Shown here one piece after another: positions 28,125-36,914 of a DNA stretch of 56,057 nt (position 1 is the stretch's first letter; the number at the start of each line of letters is the position of its first letter). The stretch covers positions 1 through 56,057 of IMG/VR virus record IMGVR_UViG_3300025875_000030; one strand, 5' to 3'. The DNA is from a virus. Taxonomy: Duplodnaviria; Caudoviricetes. Position numbers and translations under genes: made by a program. The notes below the pieces were generated by a model that was not told where the DNA came from, did no database searches, and was given only the letters and a program-made list of their open reading frames with translations.

Positions 28125-28289
28125 TTAATTAATAAAAAGCTTTTTCATGTACTTATCAATTATAAAGTAGTAAGACATAAACACCACAAAAAATAAAATT
28201 GACAATACCCGCGTATAAATGCAGTCAACAGTTAAGAGTATTATTTCAAATACTCCAAGGGCCAGCTTAAGGAGCAACATCTTTTTCAT
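28125..28289 (-). CDS. Small 2-TM protein (start MKKMLL)
   Basis: Hydrophobic; overlaps the end of the upstream gene. Confidence 0.45.
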   Translation of the reverse strand: MKKMLLLKLALGVFEIILLTVDCIYTRVLSILFFVVFMSYYFIIDKYMKKLFIN

Positions 28290-28623
28290 TTTGCTTATTC
28301 TTTGTTGGGTAATAAATGGCGTATAAAACAGCAGCAGCCGCAAAAAAATACTCATTGTATTGTACATCTGTTGGACTAAATATAAATTCATCTGCTAAGT
28401 TGTTTATAGTAAAAGCAAGAAAAATACAGGATATTGAGTGCTTTTTCATGCTAAAATAAAGGGCAAAAGCGGCACACACTAAGGCGGCGGCACTAACATA
28501 GTAGTAAGGTTTTCTTACTGATCCCAAAAACTCATACTTTGGGAATACATCCGGAAAGTTATAAGCTGCCAAAAATAAAATAATGGCAGCTATAACAAAT
28601 ACTTTTGGTTTACCCACGATCAT
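28267..28623 (-). CDS. 4-TM membrane protein
   Basis: Hydrophobic segments with polar INNLADEF motif. Confidence 0.6.
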   Translation of the reverse strand: MIVGKPKVFVIAAIILFLAAYNFPDVFPKYEFLGSVRKPYYYVSAAALVCAAFALYFSMKKHSISCIFLAFTINNLADEFIFSPTDVQYNEYFFAAAAVLYAIYYPTKNKQNEKDVAP

Positions 28624-28744
28624 CCGGGCGTTTTCCGATTATTGCGGTAAGGCCTGCATTTCTTAAAGTGGTTGCGGCATCCTGTATCGCTCTTTCCTCA
28701 ATCGCCGTTAATCCTTTGTCCGCATCTAAATAAACTGTGTTCAT
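28610..28744 (-). CDS. 44-aa peptide MNTVYLDADK...IIGKRPDDRG (missing from the ORF track)
   Basis: Translated by hand; A-rich leader and TACTTTTG promoter at 28783-28790. Confidence 0.65.
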   Translation of the reverse strand: MNTVYLDADKGLTAIEERAIQDAATTLRNAGLTAIIGKRPDDRG

Positions 28745-28793
28745 GATTTTAATTTTTTTAGTTAATAAAATGTTACAGTTAACAAAAGTAAAT

Positions 28794-28821
28794 AAAAAAA
28801 CCAGCCGTGTTTGGCTGGTTC
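28794..28821 (-). terminator. Intrinsic terminator
   Basis: aaccagcc/ggctggtt with T-tract. Confidence 0.7.
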
Positions 28822-28840
28822 TATAAAATATAATTTGAAT

Positions 28841-29140
28841 TTAATCAAATAATGCGTATCCGGTTATTATACCCACTATTCCGGTAACAATATCAACAAC
28901 ATCAATTTTGCCCTTTGATATTCTTACCTGTATGTACTCAACCATGTATATTACAAACAACACGGCAAACCCGGCAACTGTTTTTGGTATCTGTAGAAAT
29001 TCCTCCCATCCAAACCAATGGATACATTTAAGGGTTATCCAATAGCCAAACAGGCAGCCAAATAAGTGTGCCCATGGTTTCCATCCCTTTAAATTTCCAA
29101 TAGTGAAAAAACCGGGAGCCTCTTTTTTTGTGGTTGACAT
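28841..29140 (-). CDS. 3-TM membrane protein
   Basis: Hydrophobic segments; H..E..Q..D polar pattern. Confidence 0.6.
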   Translation of the reverse strand: MSTTKKEAPGFFTIGNLKGWKPWAHLFGCLFGYWITLKCIHWFGWEEFLQIPKTVAGFAVLFVIYMVEYIQVRISKGKIDVVDIVTGIVGIITGYALFD

Positions 29141-29205
29141 AATTTTTTATTTTAAATATTTAATTGTTATAGCGCTTTTGCCGAATGTGAAGATTGATTT
29201 TAAAA

Positions 29206-31092
29206 TTAGTCTGTCCAATAATCAAACGTTAAATATAAAGCCCTACCGTTTGTTGCTGTTTGTGCCATTCTAAACTCGTAAATACCCGCTGTTTTTCTTA
29301 TAGTGCATCGAGCGGCAGCGGAAGCTGGTCCCGAGTTGGTTTCAGGACTATAAAAGCCATTTATTGCATAAACAACAGCGTCACTGGCGGTAAAATCTGT
29401 AATTGCCGCTGGAGTTGGTAATCCAGTAGGAAAGGGTACCGTAACGGCTGTATTTGCCGCTCCTGCTGTTGTGTAAAGTAGATTTAAACGGCCCGTGACG
29501 TGTTTGCCTACCTTGGTAGCCTGCCATGTTCCTGACAATGTTCCGCTCGGCGCTGTTGTACCGCTCCAAACAGGTGTTTGCGAGTATGTAGTTACAGGGT
29601 ATTCCGTATATACGGCAGCTATAGCGTTATTTGTGTAGGTGTCACGCGCCGCTGTATATGCCGTCGCTATCGATATAACCGGCATGGTCGTGCCTGTTGC
29701 TACATCAATTTGATTTGTAGTGCCGGTAACGCTTGTAACCGTTCCTGAACCGCCGCCGCCGCCTGCAACTGTTAAACTGACAAGTCCGGCGCTATCTGCT
29801 GTAACAGCTGTGCCGCCATTTACTGAAAATGATAATGGGATCGTGCCGCTATTATTGGGGAATTTTACATCCCTATTTGCAGTAAGTAAATCCGTTGTAA
29901 GTCTGGCGCCGTAATTTGTGTTATTGGCTATTATCCTGATATTGTTCTCACTGGTTAGGTTTATCTGATCGGAACTCATTGTCATAAAGCCTAACGGACT
30001 CATGTCAATATGTGCGCCCGTATCTCCTGAATCAGTATAAATATTAATGAACTGATCTATAAAAGCCTGCGGGCCTCCCTCCAACGCTTTTTGAAGTGAA
30101 ACGGAATACTTAACAAATTCAGTAGTTGCAGCCCTGTTGCTTTCATCACTTAATGGCGGTGTTGGAACTGTAACTACACCATCTGTGCCAACAGTTAAGC
30201 CGGTAAGTTCGTTATTCACTACAACAAATGAGCCTGTATCTAAAAGCCCAAGAGTTACGCCGCCCCCGCCTGTAGATGATATAGAAAAATCATCAACAAC
30301 AGCGTTAGGGCCGTTATTTAAAACTGACTGCAAATCTTGTGAGCCGCCTGCCGGAATATCATCTAAAGTGGCCACTTCTTCCCCGTTATAAGTCAAAATA
30401 CCGCCCCCACTATTAAGCGCAATACCTGTAGTACTGCCATTTATTAAAACCCCGCCAGCATTACCCGATATTGTTACCCCTGTTATATCATCAAATCCAA
30501 TCGTTCCCCCCGAGCCTGCGTTTATATTAAGATCCCCGGTTCCTTGTAGGTAAAGCGTTCCTGTAGTGTTAATATTTACATTTTCATTACCACTATATGA
30601 ACCGCCATTTTGTATGATTTCCTGAAGTGTATTACCGCTTAATCCTGCATTTGATATGGCTGCCGCTACCGTGCTATTTGTCGCAATAGTATCATTTTGC
30701 ATCAATGCTGGGAAATAAAGTTTAGTATTCATTAGCGGATTTATGAAATTTATATCCGTAATAAACCCGGTGCTTGTATTTGTAAAATTATAACCTAAAT
30801 GGTAATAAGACATTTTGTTATTTCCATTTGTAAGATTAATGGGGAGCCCGGATACATTTCCATTACCTAAAGTTGTATTTAAGTCCTGTGTTGATGCCTC
30901 TCCTGCAAAGATAGCCATCAAATAAGGCCAACTAACCTTTCTTACCATTCCGGTTGTTTTCTCCCTTACAAGGGGCTCAATTAGCGTTGTATCATTTAAA
31001 GTTGCCGGGGTTTCTGCAATCTTTAATGATGGCACTTTTGTTTGTGCAAATAAGCTGCTTGATAGCATCAATAAAAATAATAGCTTTTTCAT
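29206..31092 (-). CDS. Tail fibre / receptor-binding-like protein with N-terminal Sec-type signal peptide
   Basis: Gly/Thr-rich, LQ.V..NG repeats, GGGGSGTVTSV, fibre-tip-like C-terminus; MKKLLFLLMLSSSLFA-Q. Confidence 0.65.
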   Translation of the reverse strand: MKKLLFLLMLSSSLFAQTKVPSLKIAETPATLNDTTLIEPLVREKTTGMVRKVSWPYLMAIFAGEASTQDLNTTLGNGNVSGLPINLTNGNNKMSYYHLGYNFTNTSTGFITDINFINPLMNTKLYFPALMQNDTIATNSTVAAAISNAGLSGNTLQEIIQNGGSYSGNENVNINTTGTLYLQGTGDLNINAGSGGTIGFDDITGVTISGNAGGVLINGSTTGIALNSGGGILTYNGEEVATLDDIPAGGSQDLQSVLNNGPNAVVDDFSISSTGGGGVTLGLLDTGSFVVVNNELTGLTVGTDGVVTVPTPPLSDESNRAATTEFVKYSVSLQKALEGGPQAFIDQFINIYTDSGDTGAHIDMSPLGFMTMSSDQINLTSENNIRIIANNTNYGARLTTDLLTANRDVKFPNNSGTIPLSFSVNGGTAVTADSAGLVSLTVAGGGGGSGTVTSVTGTTNQIDVATGTTMPVISIATAYTAARDTYTNNAIAAVYTEYPVTTYSQTPVWSGTTAPSGTLSGTWQATKVGKHVTGRLNLLYTTAGAANTAVTVPFPTGLPTPAAITDFTASDAVVYAINGFYSPETNSGPASAAARCTIRKTAGIYEFRMAQTATNGRALYLTFDYWTD

Positions 31093-31093
31093 T

Positions 31094-31288
31094 TTAAAAT
31101 CCTGTTGTTATTCCGATCCTACGAGTGATTGTAATAGTTTCGGTAGTTAATAATTCATTTTCCTGATCCGTTTCCTCTCCGGTGCTTACTCTTACCTCCC
31201 TAACGGCTTGCCATTGCCCATCTTTTACACGGGTAATTATTGAAACGTTTGGCTCATCCGTTGCTGTTCTGCTTAACTCTGTTGTCAT
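31094..31288 (-). CDS. Small hypothetical protein in tail module
   Basis: Tight packing. Confidence 0.6.
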   Translation of the reverse strand: MTTELSRTATDEPNVSIITRVKDGQWQAVREVRVSTGEETDQENELLTTETITITRRIGITTGF

Positions 31289-31305
31289 AATTAATTATTA
31301 TTTAG

Positions 31306-32508
31306 TTAAAAAATATCAAGTCCAAATGTACCTAAGAATTTGTAATTATTAAGGTCCTGATTGTTACCATTTGTTATATACTGATAAAAACCCCATTCTG
31401 AAAAATCAGGAGAAAACGCTTTACATACATCTCCAATCTGAATTTCTGAACCTGTATTTTTTATTCCGCCTTGATAGCCCTTATCAAAGAGCGTAATTAA
31501 ACCACTCCCAAACAAATCACTTGTTGTTAAAAAATCCTCTCCATCCCGCCCCTGTGGGATATAAACAACACTCTCCTCCGCTGTATCTCTAAATGCAACA
31601 AACGTGCTTGCTACTCCATCAGAATACACCAATCCAAGATGGTTGTATCTTATTTGTTTCAAACCCATTTGATGTACTGCAACTTTAGAGGTAATATTCC
31701 CCATTCCAAGTACATCATCATAGGTTTGAGATGCCGGGCCGGGAACAACCTCACTATTTGTAATACTCGCAAAGTCTGTTATCTCAAAAGGGTTCCCGGT
31801 TTCTCCTCCATACTCTCCAGCCGTTCCAATAAATTGCGATAAGTAAAGCACATCATCAACATTATAACTGAAATAGTAATAAATATCAGTATCAGTAAAA
31901 TCATGTGCATCAACATTTGCCGCCGCCAAAAAATTACTTTCAGAGCCAATATCATTAAGCTGTATAATTTGAGTGGTTGCGCTGGGGGATATGTCTGCTG
32001 GCTGCAAGTTTTCAGGAGGCATAGCATAAATCATATTTGAGTTAATTAGCGCCCCTCCAAAACCCCAAGTGCCTTTGCCTGCAAGAAATAAAAACCCATA
32101 TTTATATATAGGTATTAATGTTCCGTTAAAAGGTCCGGGAGGTGCCCCCGGAGGCACGGCATATCTTGTGCCATATAATATTATTGGAGTTTGATCCTCC
32201 TCCACAACCAAACCGTATTGGCTATTTACCTTTATAACCGCCTCCGCAATTGGATTGTTTACATCAGAGAAAAAAGAGCCTATTGATATTTTCCGCCCCT
32301 CATTATTCTGATTTACAAAAGCATCTCTTTCCTGCTTTTGGGTTTGCCCCGTGCCGCCTGGCCCTCCTGTAAGGTTAAATACCGCAACATACTTTGAGCC
32401 CGGTGTTGCATCCGGTAACTCATCTATCCTCTTGGAGTTTGCTCTTTGCTGGTTTAAATACTCTGTAATCTGCCTTACTTTATCTATCAAGTATGTTAAT
32501 GATGCCAT
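31306..32508 (-). CDS. Tail fibre/adaptor structural protein
   Basis: SKRIDELPDA anchor-like motif; QTYDDVLGMGN shared with the fibre repeats. Confidence 0.6.
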   Translation of the reverse strand: MASLTYLIDKVRQITEYLNQQRANSKRIDELPDATPGSKYVAVFNLTGGPGGTGQTQKQERDAFVNQNNEGRKISIGSFFSDVNNPIAEAVIKVNSQYGLVVEEDQTPIILYGTRYAVPPGAPPGPFNGTLIPIYKYGFLFLAGKGTWGFGGALINSNMIYAMPPENLQPADISPSATTQIIQLNDIGSESNFLAAANVDAHDFTDTDIYYYFSYNVDDVLYLSQFIGTAGEYGGETGNPFEITDFASITNSEVVPGPASQTYDDVLGMGNITSKVAVHQMGLKQIRYNHLGLVYSDGVASTFVAFRDTAEESVVYIPQGRDGEDFLTTSDLFGSGLITLFDKGYQGGIKNTGSEIQIGDVCKAFSPDFSEWGFYQYITNGNNQDLNNYKFLGTFGLDIF

Positions 32509-32532
32509 TTTTTATTTATTTGATGTTTATAA

Positions 32533-34611
32533 TTAACCTATGTATTCAATGTATGATCCATCTCCAATATCAAGCAAGCCCGGAATTTCAATATTTGTAG
32601 TATCAAAAATCTGATCCCCTGATTGAGTGCTTGTAAATGCTCCGCCTGTTTTAATCATGTTGGCGCTAATGGAGTATAGATTTGTTTCTCCAAGGCTCTC
32701 CTCAAACTCTGAACTCTCAAGAACATAATACACACTATCCATCTGAACAGTTTTATGGCTAAGAGCCTGTATTATCTTTCTCATAATCTCTTTTGTTACA
32801 GGCAAGAACATAAATTTATCCATCTCATAAACATCTGAATTTATGAGTAAAACAGAAACATCAGTTTTGTAGTTTTCAGCGCTATTGTTGGGAACTGCTG
32901 TTTTTTTATAGTAAGGTATCCTTATAAGGTTTGTAATTCCGGTTGCATAATATACATCTGTGTTTTCCGGATTTCTGTATTTAATCTCTATGGTTCCGGA
33001 TTGCCTTACCTGTACATTTATTCTTTCACTCAAATGCACAAGCCCTCCAAAATCATCATCATCATTGTTTATTCTAACCTTAACATCTTGATTTTGATAA
33101 TCCACAAAATCAATTGTGAACTCATAAACCTCATAATTAAAAATATCGTATATGGAGGATATTATCACATTTTCAGGAACTCCCTCAAAAAGACTATCCA
33201 CAACAATAACATCTGCATTTAGTTCCTCACTATAAATAACCTCGCTTACCTGATACCAAACCCCAGCCACATTAAAGTAAGTTCCAAGGCTGGCCCAATA
33301 AGGCAATGTGCCATTAAGGGCATGGGTTCCGGTTATAACATTGGTATCATAGTCATAAATATTCCCACTCATAAAATAAAACCCCGTTTGAGCATTTCCA
33401 AGATTTATTTTTATACCATCTCTCTTATCCTTTACACCAATGAAGTTTGTTTTTTGTAGTACCGGAACGGCTATTTCTGTGCCATCTGATTTTACTATTG
33501 TAGCTGTGTTAAAATTATAATTGCTTTTAAATTGGGTTGTGATAATATCCGCCGTTTGAAACTGCTGCACCTCCTTGTAAGGGAGAACAACATCAACCTC
33601 ACAACTTAGGGTGTTTTCATCTGTCTTGTAATTTCCAGCATCACTAAAATTTACTCTATTAGCAAACCTCAAACTCATTGACTTGGAAATATAAAAAAAT
33701 GGAAATCTGCTATTTCCGGTTTCTTCAACTGTAAACTCTTTTGTTTTTATACAGCCAAATTGATCCTTTATTGATAGCCAATAGTTGCCGGGTGCCACTC
33801 CTGAAAAAACATTATCAGTTTGATATGCACCGGATATTGGAGAGGTTCCCGGAGGGCTTATAGCATATACAGGATTTATGCCTTGCTGGTTTACGGATGT
33901 AATTATTAACGTGGCTCCGTTGGGGCTGTTGTTTATTGCCACGTTATAATTATCAGGCGAAAGCAAAGCAGGAGTTTGGAAAGCTTGTGTAATTGTTAAG
34001 GGCTGGGGCTGGTTATTGGTTATAACAATATTCCCTGCTGCACCCCTTGAGTAAGTAAAGGTATATGTTTGGCTGTTAACATTTGCATCAGCAACAGGGC
34101 TGCTAATAGATTGTATAATTGCGCTTGCTGTTATCTTTACCTGAACTTGTCGGCACCTATCCGGCACAAAAGCTAAAAACTCTATAGTTGAAGTGAAAGG
34201 AGTATTGTTTTGCCCAAATGAAAATGTAAATACTACATCCGCAACCGGGGGGAACCCGCCTCCCTCACTTGGTAAAAAAGCAATACCGCTATCCCATGTA
34301 TAACCAGCAACGTTACCATAAAGGGATGTTATAGTTACAACATTACCGGTCCGGACCGCTATATGTTGCCCGTTGGCTCCCATATCCAGTAAAAATGCCT
34401 GCATGAAATTTATTGCGCTCCTTTCCCCGGGCAAAAGAGTTGGTGTACCTGTTGTAACCTTATACCCAGCATTACGAACAGGAACCCAACTCCAAGCAGG
34501 GGTTAAACTTACAGTACTCCCAATCCCATTTGAGTAAACCCCTGAAAGAGATAAAGAGGATCCAAGCGTTAAATCCTCATTAAATGTTATATGTATAATA
34601 TTTCCCGCCAT
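32533..34611 (-). CDS. Minor tail / baseplate protein
   Basis: Beta-rich; FSGVAPGNYWLSIKDQFGC SprB/Ig-like repeat; position. Confidence 0.65.
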   Translation of the reverse strand: MAGNIIHITFNEDLTLGSSLSLSGVYSNGIGSTVSLTPAWSWVPVRNAGYKVTTGTPTLLPGERSAINFMQAFLLDMGANGQHIAVRTGNVVTITSLYGNVAGYTWDSGIAFLPSEGGGFPPVADVVFTFSFGQNNTPFTSTIEFLAFVPDRCRQVQVKITASAIIQSISSPVADANVNSQTYTFTYSRGAAGNIVITNNQPQPLTITQAFQTPALLSPDNYNVAINNSPNGATLIITSVNQQGINPVYAISPPGTSPISGAYQTDNVFSGVAPGNYWLSIKDQFGCIKTKEFTVEETGNSRFPFFYISKSMSLRFANRVNFSDAGNYKTDENTLSCEVDVVLPYKEVQQFQTADIITTQFKSNYNFNTATIVKSDGTEIAVPVLQKTNFIGVKDKRDGIKINLGNAQTGFYFMSGNIYDYDTNVITGTHALNGTLPYWASLGTYFNVAGVWYQVSEVIYSEELNADVIVVDSLFEGVPENVIISSIYDIFNYEVYEFTIDFVDYQNQDVKVRINNDDDDFGGLVHLSERINVQVRQSGTIEIKYRNPENTDVYYATGITNLIRIPYYKKTAVPNNSAENYKTDVSVLLINSDVYEMDKFMFLPVTKEIMRKIIQALSHKTVQMDSVYYVLESSEFEESLGETNLYSISANMIKTGGAFTSTQSGDQIFDTTNIEIPGLLDIGDGSYIEYIG

Positions 34612-34616
34612 GATTG

Positions 34617-36914
34617 TTATCTGTTAGCTATTAATAATTTAAACTTTTTATCATTAGGTTTCAAATTTATCAAATAACCGCGCTCAATCTCTCCGTTTTC
34701 ATTTGTAAATTCAAAAAGCCCGTAAACATTTGGCACCCTCCTCCCGGATATATTGGTATATCCACTAACTTGCTGCATTATTGATGTTCCCGCCTCATGC
34801 TCAAACTCTATAGTTTCAGGAACATACCGGGCTCTATTTAGTTCCCCGTTTAATATATTTCCATTCTCTGCATACTCATTGCCCCCAATAAGCTTTGTTG
34901 TGAGCCCGCTGTTAGCTGTTGAACTACCATACCTAACATAATCCGCTGCATATTTAACCAGCCCGGATGCAATTACCCAGCCATGGCGCAAAAGAATATT
35001 GAAAGGAGATAGCCTCAAGTTTGTTGCTGTTTCAGGGCTATATGTGCCCGTTGGCGCTTGAGCAAAATCATCTTGCCATTTTCTTTCTAAAAAAATAAAT
35101 TGAGATTGTGAGGCGGGGGTTGCCGGGTCCAAAGGATCCCTTTTTAAATCCATCATAAAAACATCATTATCATAAGTAGTATCCTCTGTTGGGTATTGTG
35201 CTTGTTGTTTACGGCGGGCAAACTCTTTACCATAACTATCCGCCCTGTATTCGCTCAACATGGTATATACATTTTTTATCCTCTTGATTATAGTTGTAAA
35301 AGTAGATTTTGCATTGTATTCATCCAGCCCCATTGCCTCCTGATAATCCCCCCCCTTTGCATAACCTAACTCAATACCGGAATAGTAATAATTTGCCGCC
35401 GCCGCTCTCTTTGCGTTTTTTATGGGATTTGGCAGCCTTACAGTTATTTTGCGTTGGTAAAAATAACTTAACTCCTCAATTACTATGTTTTCCCTGTATC
35501 CAGTTCTCTCAATGCCTAAACCTATATTCCATGCGGCTCGATTTGCTTGGATAAAATTTTTAAATGATGTGGTTAATGGCTTGAAAGAATTTATCTCCTC
35601 CTCCGTGCTTAATGGCAGGGCATCAAAACCACGAACCCAAAAGCCATGAGTATAACCTACAAGGGAGGCGGCACCATCATTCTCATAACCTAAATCTCTC
35701 CTGCCAAATATTGTTGATTTTAAAGCGGTTTTATTTCCTGTCATTATCTCAATAAGCCTGCTTGCCATTTCAAAAGAAAGAACGCATTTTGATTGAGTTG
35801 CCTCATAAAAACTATCTTCAATTATATCAAGGTTGCCATCAATATTGAAAGCAACTACTCCAAAAGCACCATCATTAAAAGTTCCCCCAAGGTTTGATTT
35901 TCCATAAAACTCAAGGGAGGCGCTCTCCCCGGTATTAAGAAATATATCTCCCTCCCATTCTACACTCCACGTATGGGCCGGATTATCATTTTGCCCGGTT
36001 GATACGTTGGCGAAATACACCCCGCCAAGAGCATCAATACCGCCAACACCATCTGTGTTGAATAACTCTACATCTCTATTAACAATATTGTAGTCTGTTC
36101 CTCCGGAGTATTTGCTTATAAAAAGCCCATAAAACGCATGGTTAACATTGTCTTTATGTGTTAAGCTGGTTGTAAATGTTAAGCTTACTTTTATGTGTAA
36201 CGTTCTTGGAACCTCTGTAACTGCAAAAAACATTATGCCCGTTGTGCCTTGGCTTTCCCCTCCCGTGGTTTCAGGAATTACGCTATGAGCATTTTCATGG
36301 CTTTGGCTATAAAGGTTTAGAGGAACTCCAACAGATACCGCCCTATCAGTTCCACCGGAGTTTGATCCGGCACTCATGTACATTGATGCTGTGTTATCTG
36401 TTTCTTGAATGTCAAACAAACTCCTCAATAATATCCTCCTGCCTGTTAAGGCAACAGTATCAACCCGGAGCGGGTCCATGGCTCCACCATCCATTGTTGT
36501 TATCCTTTCAATTTCAACATTTTCATTTTCTCTTGATTTCAATATAGGCTCAAATCCAGCATTGTTAAATTTAACAGTAATGATGCCTTTCTCAATTTCA
36601 TAAGTGGATAAATCCAAATCTCCCTCATAATCTCTTTCCCATAAATCAGTTTGAGGATTTGCCACATCTCTTGTTAACCTTATCAAAGCCTCAACCCCAT
36701 ACAAATCATACACAGTTTTAATATAATCAGCACCGTTGCCAAGGAACTTTAAGCCACTTGAAAACTTGGCAAAAATACCATGATACTCCTCATGACGGGC
36801 AATTTCCTTATTATCATCGTCCCAGCCTTGAGGCTCTATTATTGTTGTAGAACCCATTTGCGGATTAAAAAGGGTATATCTTACCCTGTCTTTAAATGTT
36901 GGATTTGCTCCCAT
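34617..36914 (-). CDS. Tail tip / hub protein
   Basis: Immediately after the tape measure gene; EPQGWDD N-terminus. Confidence 0.65.
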   Translation of the reverse strand: MGANPTFKDRVRYTLFNPQMGSTTIIEPQGWDDDNKEIARHEEYHGIFAKFSSGLKFLGNGADYIKTVYDLYGVEALIRLTRDVANPQTDLWERDYEGDLDLSTYEIEKGIITVKFNNAGFEPILKSRENENVEIERITTMDGGAMDPLRVDTVALTGRRILLRSLFDIQETDNTASMYMSAGSNSGGTDRAVSVGVPLNLYSQSHENAHSVIPETTGGESQGTTGIMFFAVTEVPRTLHIKVSLTFTTSLTHKDNVNHAFYGLFISKYSGGTDYNIVNRDVELFNTDGVGGIDALGGVYFANVSTGQNDNPAHTWSVEWEGDIFLNTGESASLEFYGKSNLGGTFNDGAFGVVAFNIDGNLDIIEDSFYEATQSKCVLSFEMASRLIEIMTGNKTALKSTIFGRRDLGYENDGAASLVGYTHGFWVRGFDALPLSTEEEINSFKPLTTSFKNFIQANRAAWNIGLGIERTGYRENIVIEELSYFYQRKITVRLPNPIKNAKRAAAANYYYSGIELGYAKGGDYQEAMGLDEYNAKSTFTTIIKRIKNVYTMLSEYRADSYGKEFARRKQQAQYPTEDTTYDNDVFMMDLKRDPLDPATPASQSQFIFLERKWQDDFAQAPTGTYSPETATNLRLSPFNILLRHGWVIASGLVKYAADYVRYGSSTANSGLTTKLIGGNEYAENGNILNGELNRARYVPETIEFEHEAGTSIMQQVSGYTNISGRRVPNVYGLFEFTNENGEIERGYLINLKPNDKKFKLLIANR

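Noticed and set aside
29206-32508. Diversity-generating retroelement or invertible fibre cassette
   Set aside because: No reverse transcriptase, invertase or template/variable repeat pair seen.
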